DNA of 64,000 nucleotides. It comes from a bacterium (lineage in GTDB: Bacteria; Electryoneota; Electryoneia; Electryoneales; Electryoneaceae). The notes beneath the pieces were generated by a model. That model was not told where the DNA came from and made no database searches. It saw only the letters and a program-made list of their open reading frames with translations. Made by a program: the position numbers and the translations under genes. The stretch covers positions 4,505,081 through 4,569,080 of the forward strand of contig OY769902.1 in NCBI GenBank assembly GCA_963669175.1, read 5' to 3'. Shown here piece by piece: positions 1 through 8,988 of this stretch (positions are counted from its first letter, which is position 1; the number at the start of each line of letters is the position of its first letter).

Positions 1-1
1 C

Positions 2-241
2 ATACACGGAACGACAGAAGGTTGGAATGCACTCGAGTTGAAAGAAACCAAGGACATTAGCCGGGAAGAATGGCTTGATCTGATGATTGTGTCAGTCGGC
101 CGCATTCATGAATTCTGGCTGCCCTATAGGAACGAAATTCAGGGCAAACAGCCTCATCGCCAAGCCAAGCAAAAAACTCGACGCAACGATCCCTGCCCTT
201 GCGGATCAGGAAAGAAATTCAAACACTGTTGCATGAAGTGA
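2..241 (+). CDS. C-terminal part of a SEC-C-motif protein (open at window start)
   Basis: Frame open from nt 2 with no upstream stop. C-terminus is ...[20 protein letters not shown], a classical SecA-C/YecA-type metal-binding SEC-C motif. Confidence 0.5.
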   Translation: MHGTTEGWNALELKETKDISREEWLDLMIVSVGRIHEFWLPYRNEIQGKQPHRQAKQKTRRNDPCPCGSGKKFKHCCMK

Positions 242-251
242 AGAGGATAAC

Positions 252-1202
252 ATGACCACACTTGCCCCCACAAATCCCCGGTCTCCTCTTGGCAGGTTGA
301 TTCAGGAGCGATTACTGGCTCACGGCCCCATGAATAAACAGACAATGCACAGGATTATCCAGGAAACCATTGAGGAATACAATCGATCTTCGCGGGATGA
401 ACTCGCAGGACTTTCGCCTGAACAGGTGCCAAAACTATTATCGTCTGATTATATCAGCGAAGATTCAGTCGTTAAACTGAATCCGGACATCCCATTTGAG
501 CGTCTGAAAGATCACGAACTTCTGAACAATGCAAGGAACTTCTTGAGTTTGTTGCAACTGGAGAACGGCACAAAAGCGACAAGTTATGGCTACCTGAATA
601 GGGCGTTTGTGGCAAAAGCTATAAAAGTGATGGTCTTTCCCGAGGAGTACCTAGAAAAGATATACCGAGTGAAAAAGGTCATCAACGAAACGGACGTATG
701 GAGCCTGCATCTCGTCAGGGCTCTCCTTGATACGAGCGGAATTGTCAGGAAGTACAAGGGAAAATTCATCGTTTCGAAGAAAGGGAAGCCCTTTACAGAT
801 GAAAAGAATGCCGGAAAGCTGTTGTATGAGTTATTCCTCGGATTCCATGGAAAGTTCAATCACGCTTATCTTGACCGCTGGCCTGAAACAATGACAACCC
901 GATATGCATTCCCCTTTTCGCTCCGCTTCGTGCATTATCGAAGAAACACCTGGATTGATAGAAATGACTTTATAAAGCTGCTTCCTCCCGGTGTGCTGGA
1001 ACATGAGTTCAGTATTGAACTTGGAGAATTCAATGAGCACCTGCCTACCAGTATCATTACTACCAGAATAATCAATCCACTAGAGATGTTCGGCCTTATC
1101 GAGAAACGGTACATTCCTGATCCCAAGTTCCCTGGAAGCACCATACTTTCGGCTATCAAATCCACCAAACTGTTTGAAGAGTTTGTCCGTTTTGAGCTCT
1201 AA
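252..1202 (+). CDS. hypothetical protein (316 aa)
   Basis: Long ORF 10 bp after the preceding stop on the same strand. No recognisable motifs. Confidence 0.4.
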   Translation: MTTLAPTNPRSPLGRLIQERLLAHGPMNKQTMHRIIQETIEEYNRSSRDELAGLSPEQVPKLLSSDYISEDSVVKLNPDIPFERLKDHELLNNARNFLSLLQLENGTKATSYGYLNRAFVAKAIKVMVFPEEYLEKIYRVKKVINETDVWSLHLVRALLDTSGIVRKYKGKFIVSKKGKPFTDEKNAGKLLYELFLGFHGKFNHAYLDRWPETMTTRYAFPFSLRFVHYRRNTWIDRNDFIKLLPPGVLEHEFSIELGEFNEHLPTSIITTRIINPLEMFGLIEKRYIPDPKFPGSTILSAIKSTKLFEEFVRFEL

Positions 1203-1573
1203 TATCATGTAACAGAAGCATCCGACGACTTCTTTTCGGTCTTCCATGTAGCAATAATTCTTACCAGTTGACGTCCTTGTATGGAAGATCGCTTTCTGCT
1301 TTTCTATCAAACTGGAAACATATCACTGAAAAAAAACTATCAGTAGGAATTCAAGTGGGACAACAATGAAGAAAGTCAGGAGTTTTAACAGTATAGATTT
1401 TATCGATGGATTCACCGTAGATCGCATAAACGGTAAACATAAATCTTCCTATAAATACGAAAAACCCCAGTTTTCACTGAGGTTTTCTGGCTCCTCAATA
1501 GGGGCTTACTCGGCCCCCCCCCTTATAATCCCCAAATTTCGCCAGGTTTTTCAATGTTTGGATCATCAAAGCG

Positions 1574-2926
1574 CTACAAGGATGCAATCCAATCCGGCAT
1601 CATCTCTTTTATCTCGATTTTCAACTCATCCAAGTCATCTTCTTCAATCAATTGTTTTTCCTCCAGCATGAAGGTGTAGAACTTCTTCAGACTGGCAGCA
1701 TTCTCCCGGATACTTGTAGCTGACGCCCATAGCGCTTTACGGATAAACCAGTATCCCAGAAAACCATTTACGTGGTTTACTCCCTCAGCAGCCGTGGTGG
1801 TATCGTCGTAGAGCAAGTACTGGTTCACATAGAAGTAAATATTTTCATAGTGTTTCCGGACAGTTTTCTCTGACAATCCTTTTCCACGCAACCAGAAGAG
1901 AAAGTCCGTCAACAGATTCTCATTTTCGTTACGAATCTTCTCGCATTCCTTCTCGAAGGTCTCATAATCGAAAGAAGCATGCGCTTCATTCCCCTGGACT
2001 CCTCCTATAAACCCTGAATCATTGATTGATATGATTCGCGCATTCATACCTTCATCATTTGGCTCCAGGTTCGTGTCATAATCCATGATTTCACGAATTG
2101 TGCGTAAAGATGATGACGGCGCACGCTTGGTCGATTTTTGCTGCCATGCCATAAACATGTTTCTTAGTGTCCCTTCAGCGCTTGCATTCTTTCCGTCCAT
2201 AAGTTGTTTCAGAACAGGTCGAACGTCTCCCATCGAAAGCACATCCAACCATTTTTCCACATCCTGTTGTAGAGAGTCGTCAGCCTGGTCTGTAGCGTTA
2301 TCTTGCAGCGCATCTTCCACAAGATCGAGATCCACTTCCAGAAATTCAGCCAGCGCTCGCTGGGCATTTGTTATTTTCCCCAATCCTGTAACACAGAATG
2401 GCTCCTTATCATCGTCGTCGAAAAAGTCATACAGCACAGCCATGAACCAGCCAATATATACGCTTCGATAATCTCCTCGAAGCAATTCCTCACGGATCGC
2501 CGCAAGACGTATCATCCACCCCTCGCCATCCTCCATGGCAAAACGATCATCATCATCTCCTTCCTCAAGATGCCAGGTCAGAATGATATGTGATTTCGTA
2601 AACGTATAATAGAAGAACTCATTCGCTGCTGCCTCGACAATCTCGCGTGGGATTGCTGAGAGTGGCACTCGAACCATCAATATTGCCGTCCGCCAATTGG
2701 CAACATAGATATGAACATCGAAATAGCGTTTCATCAGCGCTTCAGGATTGCCTTTAAAATCTCCCCAATTGTATACAGTGGTAAAACTTGTTGGTGTAAT
2801 ACGGGCTCGTGAATAAACAGATTGCAGAGCGTCAATATCATCCTCAGAAAGAGGTTTCTCTATCGCCAGAAACTCGTAGTACTGAAATTCACTCATCACC
2901 GGATTCCTTCTTTTTTTTGACTGCAC
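1574..2926 (-). CDS. hypothetical acidic protein (450 aa, DDDD/EE-rich)
   Basis: Long uninterrupted ORF. Several poly-Asp stretches. No recognisable catalytic motif. Confidence 0.45.
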   Translation of the reverse strand: MQSKKRRNPVMSEFQYYEFLAIEKPLSEDDIDALQSVYSRARITPTSFTTVYNWGDFKGNPEALMKRYFDVHIYVANWRTAILMVRVPLSAIPREIVEAAANEFFYYTFTKSHIILTWHLEEGDDDDRFAMEDGEGWMIRLAAIREELLRGDYRSVYIGWFMAVLYDFFDDDDKEPFCVTGLGKITNAQRALAEFLEVDLDLVEDALQDNATDQADDSLQQDVEKWLDVLSMGDVRPVLKQLMDGKNASAEGTLRNMFMAWQQKSTKRAPSSSLRTIREIMDYDTNLEPNDEGMNARIISINDSGFIGGVQGNEAHASFDYETFEKECEKIRNENENLLTDFLFWLRGKGLSEKTVRKHYENIYFYVNQYLLYDDTTTAAEGVNHVNGFLGYWFIRKALWASATSIRENAASLKKFYTFMLEEKQLIEEDDLDELKIEIKEMMPDWIASL

Positions 2927-3224
2927 GAAAGGAAGAATTATCGCCGAAATGAAAGTAGATTCTCCCGTTCAATTCACCGTTTTCTATGCAAGCCCACCCA
3001 CGCCCACAGGCTGGATCCATCTCGTCACTTCCATCCCAGGTGAATTCAATTCGTTCCTGTCCATTTGAACCTTCAACCTGGCAATCCATGAAGCCAACGA
3101 CCAATCCGAACTGAAAATCACCAGTTCTATCAGTGTTAAATTTCAGATATCCTGGTACTTCCATATCAATGAAGCTTTTATCCCACAGCTCCATTTCTTC
3201 GATCATCCATGTCCCGGTAAACAT
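2889..3224 (-). CDS. hypothetical small protein (111 aa), overlaps the 450-aa ORF by 38 nt
   Basis: Same strand and overlapping the downstream gene (coupling). Ends with KKKKESGDE. Confidence 0.35.
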   Translation of the reverse strand: MFTGTWMIEEMELWDKSFIDMEVPGYLKFNTDRTGDFQFGLVVGFMDCQVEGSNGQERIEFTWDGSDEMDPACGRGWACIENGELNGRIYFHFGDNSSFRAVKKKKESGDE

Positions 3225-3460
3225 GCCCTCCCCCGCTATGACTGTTTATACCTTCTCAAGTAATAATACTTGATAGTAGAAGCATCCACAATCTCAGAAA
3301 GGGTTATAGTAGTAGATTCCTTCTCGAAGATATCTACGCATTGTGTGATTTCTGCTTCATCGCCTCTTCAATTCCTCCTCGTTTATCTCTTTCCTGAACA
3401 ATTCTTTCATCCGACCTGATTCAAATTCATCAGAATTTTAAGCTTTGCATCCCAATCTTT

Positions 3461-3490
3461 CGCACGGATTGCATTTTGACGAGGCACAAC
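3461..3490 (+). repeat. solo copy of the IS481-like element terminal repeat (CGCACGGATTGCATTTTGACGAGGCACA)
   Basis: About 28/30 identity to the right ends at 15771-15800, 28980-29009, 41753-41782, 41823-41852 and 53766-53795. Confidence 0.5.
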
Positions 3491-3502
3491 CAGAATCCTG
3501 AA

Positions 3503-4246
3503 TCAGGAGGATGTGTTCCCTGGTCTCATCTGGATGATCCTGGTTTTTGCGAGCCACTGAATCACCGGGTAAGCCGGATCAAACTCATGCGGTTTTGCGG
3601 CAAGGTTGGGATTACCTGGATCATGGTGGTGGTTATTCTGAAAGAGTTCACCCAGGGTGAGAAAGTCAACTGGCAAGGCGTTTGTGGAGCGATCCGGGTT
3701 GTCGAAGTTACGGTAGCCGTACTTGTGGCCACACCAGTTGACAATTGCACCATGTACCGGCCCCATCACAACCTGTACTGGCAACAGCAACCAGTGCCAC
3801 CAGCGATTGGCAAAACGAATATAGAACAGCAGGTACAAAAGAATAAAAACTAGTGGATAAACGACATTACCTGTAATGATACGGTCAAATGTTTTCCATT
3901 CGGGGACATTTAGATCAAACTGCTTTCCCACTTCGGACCGTTTGTAAAGGATATCGCTGTAAATCCTGTAGGTACGCAACATCATATCCATGACATTTTT
4001 TGAATGGACCGGTGAGTGGGGATCCTCTGGTTTGTCGGCGTGGGCGTGGTGCAGACGGTGCAGGATGGCATAGGCACGTGGGTTGAGATAAGACGACCCC
4101 TGGGTTACAAAGGTGAAGATGTAGAAAAAACACTCCCATCTTTTACTCATAATGAACATCTTGTGGGATCCGTAACGGTGGAGAAAAAAGGTCTGAGCAA
4201 AACCCGCCAGCATCCAGTGCGCAAGAAAAAATGCCAGGATTGCCAT
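3503..4246 (-). CDS. membrane acyl-CoA/acyl-lipid Delta9 fatty-acid desaturase (stearoyl-CoA desaturase family)
   Basis: Three His boxes in canonical order and spacing: HRYGSH, HRLHHAH, HNNHHH. Hydrophobic segments present. Confidence 0.8.
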   Translation of the reverse strand: MAILAFFLAHWMLAGFAQTFFLHRYGSHKMFIMSKRWECFFYIFTFVTQGSSYLNPRAYAILHRLHHAHADKPEDPHSPVHSKNVMDMMLRTYRIYSDILYKRSEVGKQFDLNVPEWKTFDRIITGNVVYPLVFILLYLLFYIRFANRWWHWLLLPVQVVMGPVHGAIVNWCGHKYGYRNFDNPDRSTNALPVDFLTLGELFQNNHHHDPGNPNLAAKPHEFDPAYPVIQWLAKTRIIQMRPGNTSS

Positions 4247-4347
4247 GGTATCCTCCCCAGGTTTAGCCTTCCTGTTGTTCGAAAAGACCCCTCAGACTGC
4301 CGATCTTCTTCCAGCAGTACACGTTGGTTATTATAAACCTGCTTATA

Positions 4348-4375
4348 GCAATTAGCAATTAGCAATTAGCAATTT
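4348..4375. repeat. perfect tandem heptamer (AGCAATT)x4
   Basis: tatAGCAATTAGCAATTAGCAATTAGCAATTtac, about 100 bp upstream of the desaturase start codon. Confidence 0.8.
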
Positions 4376-4615
4376 ACTATCAGCTATCCAGAACAAACCT
4401 TGCTTTTCCACTACCATGTGGATAAAACAGGGATATAATTTACAGGACAAGGCCAAAAACTTCAGCAAAGTCAAAAGAATCTAACTATCCTCAGAGTCTG
4501 TTCTTTACAACAACCAGGTCAATAGTATTTTCGTTCTTGAAAGTATAGCGGTTGCCGAAAGTTTCTGCTGATTGAATAGCCGTTAGCCTGCTTCAGCAGG
4601 CTCCTCTTAGCACCC

Positions 4616-5031
4616 GGCTTTAGCCCTGTCTCTTACCCACATCTTCTGAAAGCTGTATCAGTAAAAGAGTTGTGGACATAGCATTTTTAGAATCCCGGCG
4701 GGATTCCCTATTTTAGCATAGTGTACAGGCCGTCTGTTTGGCCTGTACACTATGTCAGGTATTCTAACGAATAATCAACCCTGGAAGGGTTGCATAATAC
4801 GCGATTCATATTAGTACGTTCAATAAATACAGGAAATAACGCATTTTATATTCTATACAAACCAATTGGGTGTAAATTATACGTTATGCAACCCTTCCAG
4901 GGTTGAGATAAGGTTTGATCTTTTTCGTAGGGTAGACGCTAAACAGACAGCGTCAACCCTACGCTAAAATATACCACCCCCTCTGGGGTGGCAGAAACAC
5001 GAAGATGTGAGCAAGAGACAGGGCTTTAGCC
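4616..5031. mobile_element. MITE copy 1 (about 396-bp core) with Tn5/IS50-like mosaic-end inverted repeats
   Basis: Left end CTGTCTCTTACCCACATC at 4626-4643. Right end GATGTGAGCAAGAGACAG at 5004-5021. The core is flanked on both sides by GGCTTTAGCC. Internal hairpins present (GTGTACAGGCCGTCTGTTTGGCCTGTACAC). No ORF. Confidence 0.6.
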
Positions 5032-5177
5032 GGGTGAAAGGAGATAAGCGAAAATATGAGCGCGCTTTAGCGTGCTTGCATGTGACAAAGAATATGCATC
5101 TGAAAAGCACCCTGAAGGGCGCTCGATTAACTGGACATATGTTACCCATAGCTAAAGCTGTGGGCTAAGAGGAGCAG

Positions 5178-5591
5178 GCTAAAGCCCTGTCTCTTACCCA
5201 CATCCTCTGAAAGCTTTTTCAGCAAAAGGATTGTGGACATCGCATTTTTAGAATCCCGGCGGGATTCCCTATTTTAGCATAGTGTACAGGCCGTCTGTTT
5301 GGCCTGTACACTATGTCAGGATTTCTAACGAACAATCAACCCTGGAAGGGTTGCATAATGAGCAGTCAATATTAGTTTATTCAATTATTACAGGTAATAA
5401 CGTAATTTATATCCTTTATAAATCAATTGGGTATCAATTATACTTTATGCAACCCTTTCAGGGTTGATATGAGGTTTGATCTTTTTCGTAGGGTAGGCGC
5501 TAAACAGACAGCGCCTACCCTACGCTAAAATATCCCACCCCCACGGGGTGGCAGAAACACGAAGATGTGAGTAAGAGACAGGGCTAAAGCC
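5178..5591. mobile_element. MITE copy 2 (about 394-bp core), about 90 % identical to copy 1, same orientation
   Basis: CTGTCTCTTACCCACATC at 5188-5205 and GATGTGAGTAAGAGACAG at 5564-5581. Flanked by GGCTAAAGCC on both sides, the reverse complement of the copy-1 flank. Confidence 0.6.
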
Positions 5592-5903
5592 TGCTAAACT
5601 AGCAAGTTATTTGTTCCCATAGGATTGTAATTCATGATATGCTATTGCCGTGGAACCACTGCTTTGTTATAGATACTCAGCCAAAGGCAGCCCTGTTATC
5701 AACCTGAAACAGCAAGGACTTCCAAGAAATACTACAAGTTGTGATGAATGCGCTTAAACGTCATTCCCGCGAACCGTAGCGAAGCGACGTTTGCGGTGTG
5801 CGAAGCACAGCCGCACATATACTCCCTTCGAAAAACAGGAGGAGAACCCTGATCAAGTCAAGGATGACCTAACCGGAACTTACTTTCAAGATTGACTATA
5901 GCG

Positions 5904-6935
5904 TTAGTTCAATTTACTGAAAAGATAATGACTCACATACCACTCCTCACCATCGCGGAAGCGAAAAAGTTCTTCGCAGGCCATAAAGAAAAGTCTCCAG
6001 CGTTGCAGCCATTTCTTTGCCTGGTCTTTACCGTAAGTCTTCTCAAACAGGGCTATTATCTCTGTACGGTTGTTGTCCAGTTTGTCCAGCCAGGCACGGC
6101 TGGTCCTGGCGTAGTTCATACCGTTAACCTTCCAACTGTTTTCATGTTCCAGCTCCTGGCGGAACTCGGGAAGAAGGTCATGAGATGGCATCTGTCCGCC
6201 GGTGAAAAAGTGACGAGCCATCCAGTCGTCAGGACCGCTGTCTTCATAGGGGTAGGCATACCGGTCGTGGGTGAAAATATGGACAAAAAGCTTACCACCC
6301 GGTTTCAGCCAGCTCCCGACTCGGGACATCAGCTCCTGGTAGTTCCGCATGTGCTCAAACATCTCCACGGATACAATCCGGTCAAAGGTTTGCCCGGGGT
6401 TGAAGTCATTCATGTCTGTTGTGCGAACCTCGATGTTTTCCAGTCCAATCATTTTAGCCCGTTTCAGGATGAACTGCTTCTGATCGCGACTGTTTGAAAC
6501 TGCGAGAATGCGGCTGTTCGGGTAATGCTCAGCCATCCAGAGGGTAAGGGAACCCCATCCACAACCAAGTTCAAGAATCTCCTGGCCATCCTCCAGTTCG
6601 GCACGTTCAGACGTGAGGCGCAACATGGCCTCTTCGGAATCATCCAGTGTACGGACTTCATCCGGCCAGTACCCGCTGCTGTACTTAAGGCGTTCACCAA
6701 GCACCTTCTCGAAAAACAGGGGCGGCAATTCATAATGCTGTTCGTTTGCTTTTTCAGGTACCAGGGCTACCGGACTGGTTTTCAACTCTTCAATCCAGCG
6801 GTCACGCTGCTCGAGTGCAATCACCTCGGTTGGAGCACCCACTTTATCCAGTGTTTTTCTGAGACGGTGACGAATCCCGATCCGAATCAGAAAGTCGGGT
6901 ATTATACCCTGTTCAACCAGTGTTAAAATGCTCAT
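5904..6935 (-). CDS. SAM-dependent cyclopropane-fatty-acyl-phospholipid-synthase-family methyltransferase (short form, 343 aa)
   Basis: Has the SAM motif LELGCGWGSL and CFA-synthase-like C-terminal region. Lacks the N-terminal extension of the neighbouring paralogue. Confidence 0.8.
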   Translation of the reverse strand: MSILTLVEQGIIPDFLIRIGIRHRLRKTLDKVGAPTEVIALEQRDRWIEELKTSPVALVPEKANEQHYELPPLFFEKVLGERLKYSSGYWPDEVRTLDDSEEAMLRLTSERAELEDGQEILELGCGWGSLTLWMAEHYPNSRILAVSNSRDQKQFILKRAKMIGLENIEVRTTDMNDFNPGQTFDRIVSVEMFEHMRNYQELMSRVGSWLKPGGKLFVHIFTHDRYAYPYEDSGPDDWMARHFFTGGQMPSHDLLPEFRQELEHENSWKVNGMNYARTSRAWLDKLDNNRTEIIALFEKTYGKDQAKKWLQRWRLFFMACEELFRFRDGEEWYVSHYLFSKLN

Positions 6936-6949
6936 TGTATCCTCTTACG

Positions 6950-8197
6950 TTAAGGTTTTTCGAATGTCAGTTGCACAGTTCCAATGTGCTTCTCCATGAA
7001 ACCGGCTTCGCAGTAAGTAAGATAAAATCTCCACATCCTGATAAACCGCTCGTCAAATCCCATCCCTCGTATTTCAGGCAGGACAGTTTCAAAGGTTTGC
7101 CTCCATCGACGAAGGGTTTCCGCGTAATGCAACCCGATTTCCTCCAGGCCAGTGGGACGCAGATCGCTGTGTTTGGAAATGGTATCGAACAGATAGTTGA
7201 TCGAAACCAGGTTGCCGCCGGGAAAAATGTATTTCTTGATAAAATCGACCGACTTCCGGTATCCTTCATAATGCCGGTCATTCATGGTAATCCCCTGGAT
7301 TGCAATTGTACCGCCCGGTTTCAACAATCGGTTCAAGGTGCGAACAAATTCGGGAATAAAGCGGTGTCCAACCGCTTCGATCATCTCGATCGATACAATC
7401 TTGTCATAGGTTCCTTCCAGATTACGATAGTCCTCGTTGAGAACTGTTATCCTGTCTTCCAGTTCCGCTTCCCGGATACGTTCGACTGCCAGGGCGTACT
7501 GTTCATCCGAGATTGTTGTAGTTGTCACGCGACAACCGTAATTTTTTGCGGCATGAATGGAAAAACTACCCCACCCAGTGCCTATTTCAAGCAGGTTGTC
7601 CCCCGGATGGAGATCAAGCTTACGACAGATCCGGTCCAGTTTCTCGATGGAAGCCTCTTCCATGGTGGCATCTTCCGAAAGAAAAATTCCTGAGGAATAC
7701 GTCATGGTTGGATCCAACCAGAGCTGGAAAAACTCATTGCTAAGGTCGTAATGGGCACGGATATTCCGCTTGCTGCCACTGAGAGTATTTCTATTGTAAA
7801 GGTCAACCAGCTTATCCCTGAATTTCTGCAGCCCTGAAAGGGTTTTTTCAATCCCGGATGCAGCCCGGCGGTTCTGAATGAACAGGCGAAACAACCTTGT
7901 CAGATCATCACATTGCCAGTGCCCTTCAAGATACGATTCGGCTGCCCCAAGACTTCCACCAAGGGCGATGGCTCGGTAAAATGACGGATCATTCACATGG
8001 ATTGTAACCTGGATCCCTTCACTTGCATTACCAAAAACATGCCTCTCCCCATTTTCGATCAGGAGAATGCTACCCTGCTTTATTCCTGCCAGCTTGGCTG
8101 AGACCAGCGACCTGAAAAGGCCACCATTATAACGGACTGTGCCGGGTGCTGTTTTCTGTTCTCTATCCAGGACCAGGGTTCTTGTTAAATCACTCAT
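6950..8197 (-). CDS. cfa: cyclopropane-fatty-acyl-phospholipid synthase family methyltransferase (415 aa)
   Basis: Has LEIGTGWGSF SAM-binding motif and full CFA-synthase architecture. The stop overlaps the upstream gene start (ATGA). Confidence 0.85.
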   Translation of the reverse strand: MSDLTRTLVLDREQKTAPGTVRYNGGLFRSLVSAKLAGIKQGSILLIENGERHVFGNASEGIQVTIHVNDPSFYRAIALGGSLGAAESYLEGHWQCDDLTRLFRLFIQNRRAASGIEKTLSGLQKFRDKLVDLYNRNTLSGSKRNIRAHYDLSNEFFQLWLDPTMTYSSGIFLSEDATMEEASIEKLDRICRKLDLHPGDNLLEIGTGWGSFSIHAAKNYGCRVTTTTISDEQYALAVERIREAELEDRITVLNEDYRNLEGTYDKIVSIEMIEAVGHRFIPEFVRTLNRLLKPGGTIAIQGITMNDRHYEGYRKSVDFIKKYIFPGGNLVSINYLFDTISKHSDLRPTGLEEIGLHYAETLRRWRQTFETVLPEIRGMGFDERFIRMWRFYLTYCEAGFMEKHIGTVQLTFEKP

Positions 8198-8988
8198 ACT
8201 GCCTCCTTCTGAACCGCCACTCTTGCACTTCCCGGATTAGGGTAATACGTGGCGCCTTTGATTTTCAACTTGAATGCCTGCCAGTAGATACCGGCGATGA
8301 CCTTAATAGTCATCAATGGATACTGCACCATGATTTTCAGCAGGTTCCCGATTGTAAAGGGTTGTGACTGCATGAAAAGCGATGCGATAAATTTTCGTTT
8401 TCCTTCTTTTCTGTTCTCGATCTGCACATGCACATTTCGGCCTGGAAGGGAGAACTTCATGTCATACTGGTAATCCATGTCGAGAAATGGCGAAACATGA
8501 AACTCTTTATCTATCCTGAAATGGTACATTCCCTTGTTCCGGGACAGGTTCATCCCCGGTGTAAGGATATAGGAATGCCGTTCTTTCCAGGGAGTATTCG
8601 TTATCTCAGCAACGATAGTATCCACTGTACTATCCGTTTCATCAAAACAGTAGTAAAAAGTGACCGGGTTAAAGACATAACCGAAGGTGCGCAGATGAGT
8701 CAGCATCCTGATGGGCCCTTCAGGCAGCTTGCCCGTCGTTTCCCGGACCCGCTGACGTACTGCTGAATCGAGTGAAATCCCGGGGGCGCCGATATAATCG
8801 CTACGACGAAATTCCACCAGTGCCTTGTGGCGAGTGCTGAAGAGAAACGAATCCTTGACCAGGTGATCCAGCTCAGACAGGTCGATATAGGCCATGGAAA
8901 TCCGGTAGCGGAAACTGTGATCAATCTTTTCTGAGCGCCTGTGGGCGACAGTCCCGGTATACAGGCGGCTGTGTATCGTGTTTTCCAT
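8194..8988 (-). CDS. DUF1365-family protein (UfaO-like)
   Basis: N-terminal LYTGTVAHRR motif typical of DUF1365. Conserved position between the amine-oxidase-like gene and CFA synthase. Confidence 0.7.
   Translation of the reverse strand: MENTIHSRLYTGTVAHRRSEKIDHSFRYRISMAYIDLSELDHLVKDSFLFSTRHKALVEFRRSDYIGAPGISLDSAVRQRVRETTGKLPEGPIRMLTHLRTFGYVFNPVTFYYCFDETDSTVDTIVAEITNTPWKERHSYILTPGMNLSRNKGMYHFRIDKEFHVSPFLDMDYQYDMKFSLPGRNVHVQIENRKEGKRKFIASLFMQSQPFTIGNLLKIMVQYPLMTIKVIAGIYWQAFKLKIKGATYYPNPGSARVAVQKEAV

Noticed and set aside
4340-4380. Possible CRISPR array or tandem repeat locus at ATTAGCAATT repeats
   Set aside because: Units are 7 bp with no spacers. Far too short for CRISPR. Retained only as a simple-sequence repeat.
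5600-5900. GC-rich palindromic segment (…GTGCGAAGCACAGCCGCAC…) downstream of the CFA operon as a REP-like element or terminator
   Set aside because: Only one copy in the window. Stems are short and irregular. Cannot be distinguished from chance by eye.
5892-7693. Plus-strand ORFs of 201, 133 and 257 aa antisense to the two CFA-synthase genes
   Set aside because: The minus-strand frames carry intact SAM-methyltransferase motifs and tight operon coupling. The plus frames have none.
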